Counted from the first letter of the stretch, positions 31,255 through 44,517 are shown. The stretch: DNA of 64,000 bases from an uncultured delta proteobacterium (GCA_963824555.1 CAWGPW010000016.1:611109-675108), one strand, 5' to 3'. Numbers and translations: made by a program. The notes: a model not told the origin generated them from the sequence alone.

Positions 31255-31436
31255 CATCGCGGGTTTGGGAACCCTTTGAGGGACTCTTTGAGGGTTCCCC
31301 TTATCGCGTTGGCGCAGGCGGGCTTCGCCCGCCGGAGCCAGAGCGCGGGAGGGTTTGGCGAGGCCGAGCGCAGCGAGGGGGTAGGGGTAGGGGGTGTAGG
31401 TGCCGAGTGCGCAGCTAACCCTTTGAGGGTTCCCAT
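31255..31436. repeat. Family-B repeat, copy 3 (with family-C-like insert)
   Basis: gggaaccctttgaggg..agggttcccc, core gcgcaggcgggcttcgcccgccggagcc..gcgggagggtttgg, then gtgccgagtgcgcagc plus taaccctttgagggttcccat. Overlaps the last codons of trmB. Confidence 0.8.
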
Positions 31437-32047
31437 TTCAATCTATAGGCCAGGCGCCAGATGCGGATGCCTTCCCGTTCGCACAGGCGCTCGCGGAAGG
31501 AACGGGCGGCGAAGGGGCTTTCTCGGAGAAAGCTCCACGGCTCTTGTAGATTGACGAAGCGCCGGGGCGCTTCCCATTCCAGCACGGTCATAGCGTCGAG
31601 CGCGATATCGAAGATATCGGTCGCCACATGGACTTCGCCCTTGGGTTCGAGTAACTCGAAGAGCTGGTCGACCAAGTCCTCACCGACCACGCGCCGCTTG
31701 CGCTGGCGGTGCTTGAACCACGGATCGGGAAAATTGATGTGGAAACGGCTGACGCTGGCGGGGGGAAACAGGCGGGGCAGATCCACCGAGACATTGGCGA
31801 ACACGCTGCGAACCTGATCGAGGCCCTTGCTCTTGCACAGGTCATTCGCCTGGGCCACGAGCTCGCGGCGGATCTCCACGCCGATGTAGTGGCGCCCCGG
31901 TTCCTCCACCGCCCGCTCCATCAGGAAGAAAGCCTCGGCCGAACCCAGCTCGACCTCGATCGGGCGATTCGCAGGCAGGTCGAGGGGCGCGAGCGGGATC
32001 TGCAAATAGTCCGAGCGGAGCGGGTTGACGTGCTGGCGAATGCGCAT
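31415..32047 (-). CDS. trmB: tRNA (guanine-N7)-methyltransferase
   Basis: 210 aa. MRIRQHVNPL.., VELGSAEA, FPDPWFKHRQRKRR. Confidence 0.85.
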   Translation of the reverse strand: MRIRQHVNPLRSDYLQIPLAPLDLPANRPIEVELGSAEAFFLMERAVEEPGRHYIGVEIRRELVAQANDLCKSKGLDQVRSVFANVSVDLPRLFPPASVSRFHINFPDPWFKHRQRKRRVVGEDLVDQLFELLEPKGEVHVATDIFDIALDAMTVLEWEAPRRFVNLQEPWSFLRESPFAARSFRERLCEREGIRIWRLAYRLKWEPSKG

Positions 32048-32087
32048 ACCGGCTTACTCGATCGGCAAGACGCTCGGCGAAAGACAA

Positions 32088-32220
32088 GGGAGCTTCACCA
32101 CAGGGGATGCGGAGAACCCCGAGGGTGGGGAAGAAGAGTGGGTGCGGACACGGGATCCGGAAGACCCCTTTCCTCCGTGCTCTGTGTGCTCCGTGCTCTC
32201 TGTGGTGAGCTTCCGCATCC
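32088..32220. repeat. Family-A hairpin repeat, copy 3
   Basis: agcttcaccacag..gggatccgg..ctccgtgctctgtgtgctccgtgctctctgtggtgagct. Lies between the yidC stop and the trmB start. Confidence 0.75.
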
Positions 32221-32233
32221 CGCGCAGATCTCG

Positions 32234-33907
32234 CTAGGCCTTCACCGCGAGCGCCGGCGTGCGACCTGCGCGGAACTTACGATTGACGTAGAGCTGCTGC
32301 AGGATGCCGATGAAGTAGCTGGTCAGCGTGTAGATGGAAAGGCCGGCAGGCAGGAAGAGCGAGAAGCCGGTGAACATGACCGGCATCATCACCGACATCA
32401 TCTTCTGTTGCTGCGGATCGGTTCCCGCCGGCGACATGCGCATTTGCAGGAACATGACCGCGCCCATGAGCAGGGGCGTCAGGTAGTAGGGATCCTTGGC
32501 CGACAGGTCGGTGATGTACCAGAAGAAGGACGAGTGGTAGATCTCCACGGAATAGTTGAGGGTCGAGAACAGCGCGATCCAGATCGGCATCTGGATGAGG
32601 CTGGGCAGGCAGCCGCCGAAAGGCGACACGCCGTGCGCCTTGTAAAGGTTCATGGTCTCGACGCCGAGTTTCTGCTTGTCGCTTTCGTACTTCTTGCGCA
32701 GCTCAGCGATCTTCCCCGACAGCCCCTGCATCTTCTTGGCCGACACCAACGTCTTGTAGGTCGGATAGAAGGTGACCAGGCGGACGAAGATGGTCAGTAG
32801 AATGATGGCGATGCCCCAGTTGCCCGACAGGCGGTAGAACTGTTTGAGTAGCCCCAGCATGGGACGCGAAAGGATGGCGAAGGTAACATCCACATCGTCG
32901 GCGAGGTGAGCGTCTTCGCCGCCCGGCCTGACTGCGTCGAGCTCGTGCGTGTACTTCGGGCCCGCGAAGATGACAAAGGGGTATTCCGTCTTCTCGCCGG
33001 GCGCCACGGTGCGGCTGGCAAACGAGAGTGCGACCTCGGCGGTGCTCGCATCGACGGCTTGTTCCTTGCACCCGCGCTCGCGCGGCGGCGTCTCGGGAAA
33101 CGGAACCGCTGCAATGGTAAAGTATTTGTCTCCGGCAGCCGCCCAAAGAACCCCGCCCACGTAGTCCTTCGGCTCTTTAAGCAACGCGTCCACGGTTGCG
33201 CGCTTGGCCTTGTCGCCCACATGGCAGACCATCTCGGCGAGGTTCGCCGTGGCGTAGCTGAAGAGACCGCCCCCCTTCTTCGCGGGATCTTGCGCGGCGA
33301 AGAGGAGAACCTCGAGCCCGTGGTCGAGCGGCTTGCTGCCCTTGTTCTGCACCGTCACAAAGAGTTGCAGGCGATAGCGCTGGGTTTCGAGGGCAAAGCG
33401 CTTCTCGACCACCACCTCGTCGGTTTCGGCGCGAAAGACTACCGCGCCGGCCGCCGGCCGAGCAACTGACCATGCGATGTGATCGTTCCAAGGAAAGTCT
33501 GCTTTGATGAATGTGGTACGCAGCGGGGCCGTGTCTTCCGTAGAGGTCGTGACGATCTGCATGCCCGAGTCGGGCCGCGCGGGATCGAGCAGAAACTGTC
33601 GATCCTTGAGCCTGATCTGGCGAAGGGAGGCGCCCCGCGATGAGAACACGTAGCTTGCCTCAGGCGATTCGAGGGTGACCAGGGTTTCGGGCGCCCGCTC
33701 GGCGGGCGGTGCGGCTGCCTTGGCCGCGGAATCGGACTGCGCAGGGGAGGGAGTGGCAGCCGGAGCACCCGAATCCACGGCCGGCAAGGACGAGCTGGCG
33801 ACCGGTGCGAGCGCTGGCGGGATGTGGGGTGTGGGTGGAAAGATCTTCATCCATAGAAAGAGGATCGCCATCGAGACAACCACCGCGAGAAGCAACCGCT
33901 TGTCCAT
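32234..33907 (-). CDS. yidC: Membrane protein insertase YidC
   Basis: MDKRLLLAVVVSMAILFLW.. start at 33907. Large periplasmic domain, then GNWGIAIILLTIFVRL, GCLPSLIQMPIW, and a basic C-terminus. Confidence 0.92.
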   Translation of the reverse strand: MDKRLLLAVVVSMAILFLWMKIFPPTPHIPPALAPVASSSLPAVDSGAPAATPSPAQSDSAAKAAAPPAERAPETLVTLESPEASYVFSSRGASLRQIRLKDRQFLLDPARPDSGMQIVTTSTEDTAPLRTTFIKADFPWNDHIAWSVARPAAGAVVFRAETDEVVVEKRFALETQRYRLQLFVTVQNKGSKPLDHGLEVLLFAAQDPAKKGGGLFSYATANLAEMVCHVGDKAKRATVDALLKEPKDYVGGVLWAAAGDKYFTIAAVPFPETPPRERGCKEQAVDASTAEVALSFASRTVAPGEKTEYPFVIFAGPKYTHELDAVRPGGEDAHLADDVDVTFAILSRPMLGLLKQFYRLSGNWGIAIILLTIFVRLVTFYPTYKTLVSAKKMQGLSGKIAELRKKYESDKQKLGVETMNLYKAHGVSPFGGCLPSLIQMPIWIALFSTLNYSVEIYHSSFFWYITDLSAKDPYYLTPLLMGAVMFLQMRMSPAGTDPQQQKMMSVMMPVMFTGFSLFLPAGLSIYTLTSYFIGILQQLYVNRKFRAGRTPALAVKA

Positions 33908-33915
33908 GTTCTCTC

Positions 33916-34194
33916 CTAGGTCGAATTCGCGCGAATGTTTGTCGGCGCGAGCGGTGGAACGGGATCCAGCCCCCCTCGTGCGAAGGGATGACAGCGCAGG
34001 ATCCTGCGCATGGCCAGGGCGCTGCCCCTCACCGCGCCGAATCGCTCGATGGCCTCTTGTGCATACACCGAACAGGTGGGTTCGAACCGGCAGGCTGGCC
34101 CAAGTACGGGCGAGATGGCGCATCGATACACCCGCAGAAGCGCCATCAAAGGAGCTTTGCCGAGGGCGCCGAGACTATTCAGCGGCGATCGCAT
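33916..34194 (-). CDS. yidD: Membrane protein insertion efficiency factor YidD
   Basis: [41 protein letters not shown]. Confidence 0.9.
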   Translation of the reverse strand: MRSPLNSLGALGKAPLMALLRVYRCAISPVLGPACRFEPTCSVYAQEAIERFGAVRGSALAMRRILRCHPFARGGLDPVPPLAPTNIRANST

Positions 34195-34562
34195 GGCCTC
34201 GCGATGCGGAGAACAAGCAAACGCAACTCTTCCGCCGTGGCGCCGTAGTTTGTCTTGGCCGCGCTGGGCTTCGCGATGACCACCAAGTCGGTTCCACCGG
34301 GTGGTAGCTCGGCCAGTTTGCGATAACTCTCACGCACCCAGCGCTTGATCCGATTGCGCACCACCGCGTTACCGACCTTCTTGTTCACGGTGATCCCAAG
34401 ACGTGCATCGCTCGCGGATTTTCCGGCGGTCGGCGGCATAGCGTAGAGAACCAGGGTTCGGCCGGAGAAGCGCTGCCCGCGGCGCTGCACCGCAAGGAAG
34501 CCCGACCGCTTTCGGAGTCGCTTGCTGCGGCCAAGTCCTTGGTGCAGGCCCCGATCGGTCAC
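34179..34562 (-). CDS. rnpA: RNase P protein component
   Basis: 127 aa. [27 protein letters not shown] motif. Sits between rpmH and yidD. Confidence 0.9.
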   Translation of the reverse strand: MTDRGLHQGLGRSKRLRKRSGFLAVQRRGQRFSGRTLVLYAMPPTAGKSASDARLGITVNKKVGNAVVRNRIKRWVRESYRKLAELPPGGTDLVVIAKPSAAKTNYGATAEELRLLVLRIARPCDRR

Positions 34563-34568
34563 CTCAAC

Positions 34569-34718
34569 CTATTTCTTGGGAACGCTGACGGTGAGCTTCT
34601 TGCGCCCCTTGCGGCGACGGCGGTTGATGATCTCGCGCCCCGCTGGGGTGCTCATGCGCTTCCGGAAACCGTGTGTGCGTTTCCGGCTCCTTCGGTGGGG
34701 CTGATACGTCCTCTTCAC
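34569..34718 (-). CDS. rpmH: 50S ribosomal protein L34
   Basis: (V/M)[43 protein letters not shown]. The GTG at 34718 is preceded by GGAGGA. The tracked ORF start (34763) is probably too long. Confidence 0.9.
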   Translation of the reverse strand: MKRTYQPHRRSRKRTHGFRKRMSTPAGREIINRRRRKGRKKLTVSVPKK

Positions 34719-35437
34719 TGGATCCTCCGGTCTTTCCCCGGTGTGGGCAGGGAGAACTAACACTCCAGATCGCCGCTGTCAACGACCGGCCAGCTTCTGC
34801 ATCGCCTTTTTTTGCAGGTGAGGAACCTCGGGCTTGTGTGGGGTTGAGCTCGGCCGATCGCCCAATGCGCCGGAATCTCCGTCGAGGCATCGACGGGTCG
34901 AGATGGTTTTCTCGTCGGAGAAGACACCATCGGCACGCATCGATTGCTTCCTGCTCGACGGCACTGCAGAGACTCTTGTCACAGTCGCACAAGACCTCCG
35001 ACGGAAAATTGACACGTTCTTGTCACCGAGCTGCTGCAAAGCCCATGGCATGGCCGTTAGCGGGCCTTGGGTTGGGGCTTGTCTGTGGAATTCGGGGCGG
35101 ACGGCATTGCGTCCGGAATGGCAAGTTGTTTGTCCAATGATTACAATGGCTTGGACGATATGTCTTGGCTTATCGGTCGCGCTGGAGCGGCGTGCATGGA
35201 GAGCGACGATCGGCTATCTCCGCAGATCCTCGTGGCCTCGGCAAAGAATAGATTTTGGTCTTGCCGGCCTTCCGCCTGGTTGGTAATAAATGCCTCCTGC
35301 CGACAGCGCCTTCCGGTTTTGACCATGCGTGGATGACCGGATGGCGCTTGGGGTCCGCTGTTGGCAAATTGGGGATTAGTGTGTGTAAATGTCTGTATTT
35401 ACTGTGTTTTTATCGACTCGATGGCTGTGAATAGGAC
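34719..35437. other. Non-coding rpmH-dnaA spacer (dnaA promoter region, possible oriC part)
   Basis: 719 bp with no convincing ORF. AT-rich TGT-rich tract at about 35361-35437 (gtgtgtgtaaatgtctgtatttactgtgtttttatcgac). Only degenerate DnaA-box-like 9-mers (cgtggatga, ttatcgact). Confidence 0.5.
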
Positions 35438-36829
<1,392 letters not shown>

Positions 36830-37198
36830 CAAGTTCGTCACTGAAGGAGGCAGAGGTTGGGAGAGCTCACTGAGGCGGGTGCTCTCCGTGTTCCATTTCA
36901 GCGCCTCGCTCCCGGCGCTGCTTCGCTCGAAGAGAGGCGTTCTTTACCTCCAGGACCCTGTGGATATCTTGCCCAAAAACCATGTGGTCAGACCCTTGAT
37001 GGGGGCGCCGTCTCGCTTATCCGGAATTGGTCCCCTTGTCCCAGCCCTTTTGTCCCCATGTCTCGACAACGACTCACCGACGGTGGCGCTAGGTTATCCA
37101 CAAAATCACAGGCCCTAATACTTCTCCCAAAATAGATCAAAAACCTATAGATTCTAAGACGGTGTTGATGGATGAAAACCCCAGCCAGAGGGTAACGG
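36830..37198. other. Candidate oriC (dnaA-dnaN spacer)
   Basis: Perfect DnaA box TTATCCACA at 37094-37102. Near-boxes TGTGGATAT (36959-36967), TTATCCGGA (37017-37025) and TTGTCCCCA (37050-37058). AT-rich tract at 37114-37158. Confidence 0.55.
37094..37102 (+). promoter_or_regulatory. Consensus DnaA box TTATCCACA
   Basis: Exact 9/9 match to the canonical DnaA box, read directly. Confidence 0.7.
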
Positions 37199-38302
37199 AT
37201 GGACTTTCGGATTGGTAAGAACGAACTCCTGCGTGGGCTTTATCTGACCCACGGCATCGCGGATAGGAAGAACACGATTCCTATCCTGGCCAACGTGCTG
37301 GTTCGCGCCAGTGGCAAGGACAAGGTTGTCTTCGCAGCCACCGATCTGAAAGTGGCGATGCTGGTGAGCTCCTCGGCGAAAGTCGAGGAGGAAGGCGGAA
37401 TCACGGTGGGTGCGCGTCAGCTGTACGAGATCGTCAAGGGACTGGGGGGTGACGAGGTTCGACTCCAGCGCACCGAGCAGAACTGGCTGCATATCGAGAG
37501 CGGAAGGACGGAGTTCAAGGTAGTCGGAATGAGCGACAGGGACTTTCCCAAGCTGCCGAGCGTGGAGGAGATCTCCTGCAGCAAGGTGGAAGCGACCCTG
37601 CTGGGAGAGATGATCGGCAAGACCATTCTTTCGGTCTCCCAGGACGAAACGCGGCCGCACCTGGCCAGTGTGCTCTTCGAGAGTGACGGCGATAAGGCGA
37701 CCATGGTTTCGACCGATGGTCATCGCTTGTCCAAGATCTCTCGGCCCATGCCGGGGGGGCCCAAGCTGGCGGCGGGAGGACTGCTACCGAGAAAGGGACT
37801 TTCCGAGATCCGGCGCGCGCTGGAAGGGAACCAGGCGCAATGCGAGATCGGGGTGGATCAAGGCTTCTTCGTGCTCAAGTCAGACGACATGGTGCTTTCG
37901 GTGAAGCTTGGGGAAGGGCAATTTCCTCCCTACGACCAGGTGATCCCCAAGGACAACGACAAGAAAGTCGTGCTCGAACGCGAGCCCTTCTTGGAGGCAC
38001 TTCGTCGCGTGTCGATCATCGCTTCGGACAAGACCTGGGGGATCCGCTTTTCGCTGGAGAAGGGAAGTCTATCCATCGAGGCCGACAACCCGGATCTTGG
38101 GAACGCCAAAGAAAAGGTGGACGTGGACTACAAGGGCGCGGCTTTACAGATTGGCTTCAATGCTCGGTACTTCATCGACCTGCTGGGCGAGATGAGCGGC
38201 AAAGAAGTCAGCATCGAGCTTGGCGGCGACTTGGATCCAGCACTCGTCAAGCCCTGCGACGGCACCGACTACCAGGGCGTAATCATGCCGATGCGGCTTT
38301 AG
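37199..38302 (+). CDS. dnaN: DNA polymerase III beta sliding clamp
   Basis: 367 aa. MDFRIGKNELLRGL.., three-domain clamp pattern, C-terminal ..YQGVIMPMRL. Confidence 0.95.
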   Translation: MDFRIGKNELLRGLYLTHGIADRKNTIPILANVLVRASGKDKVVFAATDLKVAMLVSSSAKVEEEGGITVGARQLYEIVKGLGGDEVRLQRTEQNWLHIESGRTEFKVVGMSDRDFPKLPSVEEISCSKVEATLLGEMIGKTILSVSQDETRPHLASVLFESDGDKATMVSTDGHRLSKISRPMPGGPKLAAGGLLPRKGLSEIRRALEGNQAQCEIGVDQGFFVLKSDDMVLSVKLGEGQFPPYDQVIPKDNDKKVVLEREPFLEALRRVSIIASDKTWGIRFSLEKGSLSIEADNPDLGNAKEKVDVDYKGAALQIGFNARYFIDLLGEMSGKEVSIELGGDLDPALVKPCDGTDYQGVIMPMRL

Positions 38303-38319
38303 CAACGCGGCCATGGGCC

Positions 38320-39417
38320 TTGTTCCTTAGGGATATACGGGTCAGAGGCTGGAGAAACCTTAGGGCGGAAGGGCTTGCTCTCGCCCGGCGAGTGACCGTT
38401 CTCTTCGGAAAAAATGGTCAGGGAAAGAGCAACTTTCTCGAGGCTGTCTACTACGCGATTACCTTTCGCTCGTTCCGCACCAGCAGCATCGGCGATGTGA
38501 TTGGTTGGGACGGAGATCGGTCGGAGATCGAAGCGAAAATCACCTTGCATGGACTGGAGCGGACGCTGCGCGTGGAAATCGTGGTCGGGAAGAAACGAAC
38601 GACCCTGGATGGAAAGACGGTTCGTCGCGACTCGGAATCGCTGCAGGGCGCGGGGGTCGTGATTTTCGGTCCCGACGACTTGCGCTTACCCAAGGCGGCG
38701 GCGGCCGAGCGACGCCGTGCGATCGATCGGGCCGTGTTCGCGGTCCAGCGTACCTATTTTCGCGAGGCCGTCGACTTCGAGCGTGCGCTGAAGGCCAGGA
38801 ACGGATTGCTTCGCCGAGGAGAGCTTTCGCGCGACTTGCTCGAGAGCTACGACGAGACCCTGGCCCGCACGGGAGCGCGTATCGTGGTGCGCCGGCGGAA
38901 CCTGGTTGGCGAGCTGGCGCCGACTGTGGCCGTCGTCTTCGCACAGATCCACGGAGACTTGCCTGCGCAGATTCGCTATCGCAGCCATCCCCAGGTCGAG
39001 GCTGCCGAGAGCGAAGGTGAAATCGAACATGCCCTCCGCGCGGGGCTCGAAGCGGAGCGCGCGAACGACGTGCGGCGGGGTTTCACTGGATTTGGTCCCC
39101 AGACCGACGACATGGAGATGCTGCTCGGGGACCGTCCGGCACGCGAGCATGGCTCGCAGGGGCAGATTCGGTCGCTCGTGCTGGCGTTCAAGATTGGGGA
39201 ATTGCGCTACGCAGAAGCACGGAATGGCGAAACGCCAGTGCTCTTGCTCGACGACGTCGCCAGCGAGCTTGACCAAGAACGGCGGACGCGTCTTTTCGAG
39301 ACCATCTCGGCCATGGCATGTCAGACTCTCATCACGGTGACGGAGCGCGAGCACTTGCCTGAGTTGCCGGAGCGATCGGACTGGCGGGTTTCGGGTGGGC
39401 ATATCGAACCCGCGTAG
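38320..39417 (+). CDS. recF: DNA replication/repair protein RecF
   Basis: Walker A FGKNGQGKSNFLEAVY, signature GSQGQIRSLVLAFK, LLLDDVASELD. No in-frame ATG near the N-terminus, so a TTG at 38320 (FLRDIRVRGWRNL..) is proposed. The start is uncertain. Confidence 0.85.
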   Translation: MFLRDIRVRGWRNLRAEGLALARRVTVLFGKNGQGKSNFLEAVYYAITFRSFRTSSIGDVIGWDGDRSEIEAKITLHGLERTLRVEIVVGKKRTTLDGKTVRRDSESLQGAGVVIFGPDDLRLPKAAAAERRRAIDRAVFAVQRTYFREAVDFERALKARNGLLRRGELSRDLLESYDETLARTGARIVVRRRNLVGELAPTVAVVFAQIHGDLPAQIRYRSHPQVEAAESEGEIEHALRAGLEAERANDVRRGFTGFGPQTDDMEMLLGDRPAREHGSQGQIRSLVLAFKIGELRYAEARNGETPVLLLDDVASELDQERRTRLFETISAMACQTLITVTEREHLPELPERSDWRVSGGHIEPA

Positions 39418-39456
39418 GGGGCTTGGGCAGTTTTGCTTTACTCCCCCGATGAATGA

Positions 39457-41944
<2,488 letters not shown>

Positions 41945-41947
<3 letters not shown>

Positions 41948-42105
41948 AGCACCGAACGGGTTGACTCCCGTCGTGAAATCGGGCATTTGCGTCGCGTCCC
42001 TGCGTTGCTCGTCGGTGGCATACGTCGAGTATTCTCCCTCCTCGCGCCTTGGGCCGCTCGCAACTGCGCAATTTCACTCGGTCCCTCAACACGTTCGGTG
42101 CTCTA
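41945..42105. mobile_element. MITE-like element (family D) with ~40-bp terminal inverted repeats
   Basis: Left end: tagagcaccgaacgggttgactcccgtcgtgaaatcg. Right end reverse-complemented: tagagcaccgaacgtgttgagggaccgagtgaaattg. No ORF. Its first TAG is the gyrB stop. Confidence 0.55.
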
Positions 42106-42144
42106 GCCGGGCCGGGGAGAGAGGCGGAGTGGGCCGGCGGGCAT

Positions 42145-42178
42145 GGAAAAGGCCCCTGGGCTTTCACCGAGGGGCCTT
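42145..42178 (-). terminator. Rho-independent terminator candidate downstream of cdnL
   Basis: On the minus strand: AAGGCCCCT-(12 nt)-AGGGGCCTT followed by TTTTCC. A 9-bp GC-rich stem about 15 nt after the cdnL stop. Confidence 0.55.
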
Positions 42179-42192
42179 GAATCGGTCGAAGG

Positions 42193-42684
42193 TCAGCAGG
42201 CGAAAATGCGGTTGAGCTTCTCTTCGATTTTGCCTTCGTTGGATTTGGTGGCGACCGCAATCTCCTTGACCAGGAGGGTGCGGGCTGTGTCTAGCATTTT
42301 GCGCTCGCCGAAGGAAAGTTCCTTGTCGCCCTTGAGCCGCTGAAGGTCACGGAGGACCTCGGCGATCTCGAAGACCGAACCGGTCTTGATCTTCTCCATG
42401 TACTCGCGGTAACGCCGATTCCACGTCTGCCCTTCTACCGAGATCTCACGACTCTTGAGGATTTCGAAGACCTCGTCGACCTCGTCGGCTCGAATGAGCT
42501 CGCGCAGGCCAACGGCCCCTGCATTCTTGGTGGGAATCATGATCTTCATCCCGTTGTCCAAGATCTTGAGGATGTAGAAGGTTTGTTTGCTGGACGATAT
42601 CTCTCGGGTCTCGATGCCGGTGATTTGGGCCACGCCGTGCGCCGGATACACTGCCAAATCACCAACGCGGAAAGTGGGCTCCAT
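42193..42684 (-). CDS. cdnL: CarD/CdnL-family RNA-polymerase-binding transcription factor
   Basis: 163 aa. FRVGDLAVYPAHGVAQITGIETREISSSKQTFYILKI is the CarD_CdnL_TRCF N-terminal domain. Confidence 0.88.
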   Translation of the reverse strand: MEPTFRVGDLAVYPAHGVAQITGIETREISSSKQTFYILKILDNGMKIMIPTKNAGAVGLRELIRADEVDEVFEILKSREISVEGQTWNRRYREYMEKIKTGSVFEIAEVLRDLQRLKGDKELSFGERKMLDTARTLLVKEIAVATKSNEGKIEEKLNRIFAC

Positions 42685-43256
42685 CTAGGTGCTCTCCTAT
42701 CAGTCCTGTTGAAAAAACCTCAGTAACCGAGGCGCGCGTACTCTACCCTGCTGTTTAGGTGAAGTCAAGGGGTATTTGGGTCCGGAGAGGAGGACGTCCG
42801 TGGAGTGTAAGAGGGAGAATAGTGGAGCATGGTTATCGTTCTTAGGGTGGGTATTCGGATGGTTGAGAATTCGGAGACTGAACTGTGTTGATATTGACAA
42901 ACTCAGGCACGGAAAGGTAGGGTTTTCTCCTACGTGGCTATGCGGGCGAAAGCGGCGAAGAGCGAAAAGAAGCGAAAGGCTGCGGCTTCACGGGGGGTCG
43001 GAAGGGAGGGATCCGCCAAGGGGAGGCCGGGGAAGGGGCTTGCGGGACGGGTGAAAGTGGAGCTTGGCGACGGGACGCCAGCCAATGGACCTGGGAAGGG
43101 GGACTTGGTGGGGGAGAGAAGTCCCGTGGGGGCAAGCGGAAGGTTTTGGCCGCTCGAGGCCGGTAGTTCGGGCCTAGCGAGGGAACGGAATGAGGTCGCA
43201 CCGGCCCTTCCCGTGCCGATCGCTAGCTTCACTATTTAGTTGGGCAGGGAGAGAAG

Positions 43257-43757
43257 ATGAGCGAGCAAAGTACATTGTCCGAAAAGCGCGAGGAGGCCGC
43301 GAAGGTCTTGCGGGAAATTCTCGACAAGATGAGCGTCGATGCTGAGGTGAGCGCCTTTGATGATGGCGAGAAGATCATTCTTGACGCGCATGGGTGTGAG
43401 TCGGGTTTGGTCATCGGCAAGAAGGGCGCCACCTTAGACTCGCTGCAGTATTTGGTAAGCCGAATCGTTTTTCGGAAGCCGGGGGAATCCTCTCCAATCG
43501 TCGTGGATGCCGAGGGATATCGGGGGCGTAGGGAAGACTCGTTGGCGGATTTGGCGCGGCGGCTGGCTGAGAAGGTCGTGCGTTCTGGAAGGCCGGTGCC
43601 TGTGGAGCCGATGAGCCCGCAGGACCGAAAGGTTGTACACAAGACACTTGCGGAGCACCCTGGGGTGCGGACGGAGTCTGAGGGCGAGGGTGCGGCTCGT
43701 CGAGTCGTGATATTTCCGAAGCGCTCCGAGGTCGAGGCTAGGGAGCCAAACATCTGA
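43257..43757 (+). CDS. jag: Jag/KhpB-like RNA-binding protein (KH plus R3H)
   Basis: 166 aa. KH-like GKKGATLDSLQYLV and R3H MSPQDRKVVHKTLAEHPGVRTESEGEGAARRVVI. Confidence 0.8.
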   Translation: MSEQSTLSEKREEAAKVLREILDKMSVDAEVSAFDDGEKIILDAHGCESGLVIGKKGATLDSLQYLVSRIVFRKPGESSPIVVDAEGYRGRREDSLADLARRLAEKVVRSGRPVPVEPMSPQDRKVVHKTLAEHPGVRTESEGEGAARRVVIFPKRSEVEAREPNI

Positions 43758-44425
43758 AGATAGGGTCGAGATTGACGTTCGCGGCGAGTGAGGCTGCCAG
43801 GGCGGCGGGCGCGAGGGTGGTAAGGAATGGGAGACTACCAAGGGGGGCCTGTCCGGTTGCGGCTGCAATAAAGTGTGCGTTGGAGTCCTGATCCGGGGAT
43901 GGCTGGTCGGTTGTGGTAACCAGGACCGTCCCAAGGCAGTGAATGGAGCGTCGGCGGAGCTCGGCGACCGCGAGGGAAGTGTGGTTGATCGTGCCGAGAG
44001 CGTTGCGGGCGACAAGGAGGACTGGGAGTCCGAGGGCGCTGGCCAGGTCGGCTGAAGTCAGATTGGTGGCGTAGGGGGAGAGCAGGCCGCCTGCGGACTC
44101 GACGATGAGGGGCCCACCAAAGGATGCCGCGCGTCGGGCGAAGGCCAAAAGGGCTGAGAGGGTTATGGGTGAGCTTCCAGAGGCAGCGGCGGGCGCGACG
44201 GGGTCGGGGAAGAGGATTGGGCATACGAAGTCTAGAGGGATGTCTTGACGCATGGATGCGTTGAGTAATCTCGTAGCATCAGAGGGCACCGGGCGAGCTC
44301 CCGGTCTCGACTGGCTTGAAGGGAACTGGTTTGGCGCCCTGGGTGGCAAGGATGTGCAAGAGAGCGACCGCTACCGATGTCTTTCCTACAGAGGTATCGG
44401 TTCCGAGAATGAAGACGCCGGAGGA
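43738..44425 (-). CDS. bioD: Dethiobiotin synthetase, frame disrupted near 44293 with no own start codon visible
   Basis: The N-terminus GVFILGTDTSVGKTSVAVALL..FKPVETG lies in the bioF reading frame. The remainder (PVPSDATRLL..LIVESAGGLLSP..LLVARNALGTINHT) is in ORF 43738..44349. The junction falls at a CCC/GGG run at 44291-44293. Confidence 0.75.
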
Positions 44426-44482
44426 GCGGAAAGGCGTGGGCGGAGGAGTCAGGTTCGTGGATGCGACGGCTGACCTGAAACG

Positions 44483-44517
44483 CCTCGCCCCGCGTAGCGG
44501 AGCGAAGCGGGGCGAGG
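44483..44517. repeat. Family-C GC hairpin inside the bioF-bioD linker
   Basis: cctcgccccgc-gtagcggagcgaa-gcggggcgagg, a perfect 11-bp stem. Same unit as 11342-11376. Confidence 0.7.

Noticed and set aside
34779-35367. Several 60-155-aa ORFs in the rpmH-dnaA spacer
   Set aside because: Their composition is not coding-like (Cys/Trp/Arg-rich, mixed codon endings), they overlap one another on both strands, and this position is classically non-coding.
36859-36887. Hairpin after dnaA (gggagagc-N14-gctctcc) as a terminator
   Set aside because: The stem is only 7 bp, the loop is large and the downstream T-tract is weak. It also lies inside the candidate oriC, so it was not listed as a feature.
42934-43239. 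101-aa ORF (MAMRAKAAKSEKKRKAAASRG..) upstream of jag, and the antisense 100-aa Pro-rich ORF 42930..43232
   Set aside because: Both are low-complexity products of a purine/pyrimidine-skewed tract with no motifs. I could not support coding, so the region is reported as a sequence-structure finding instead.
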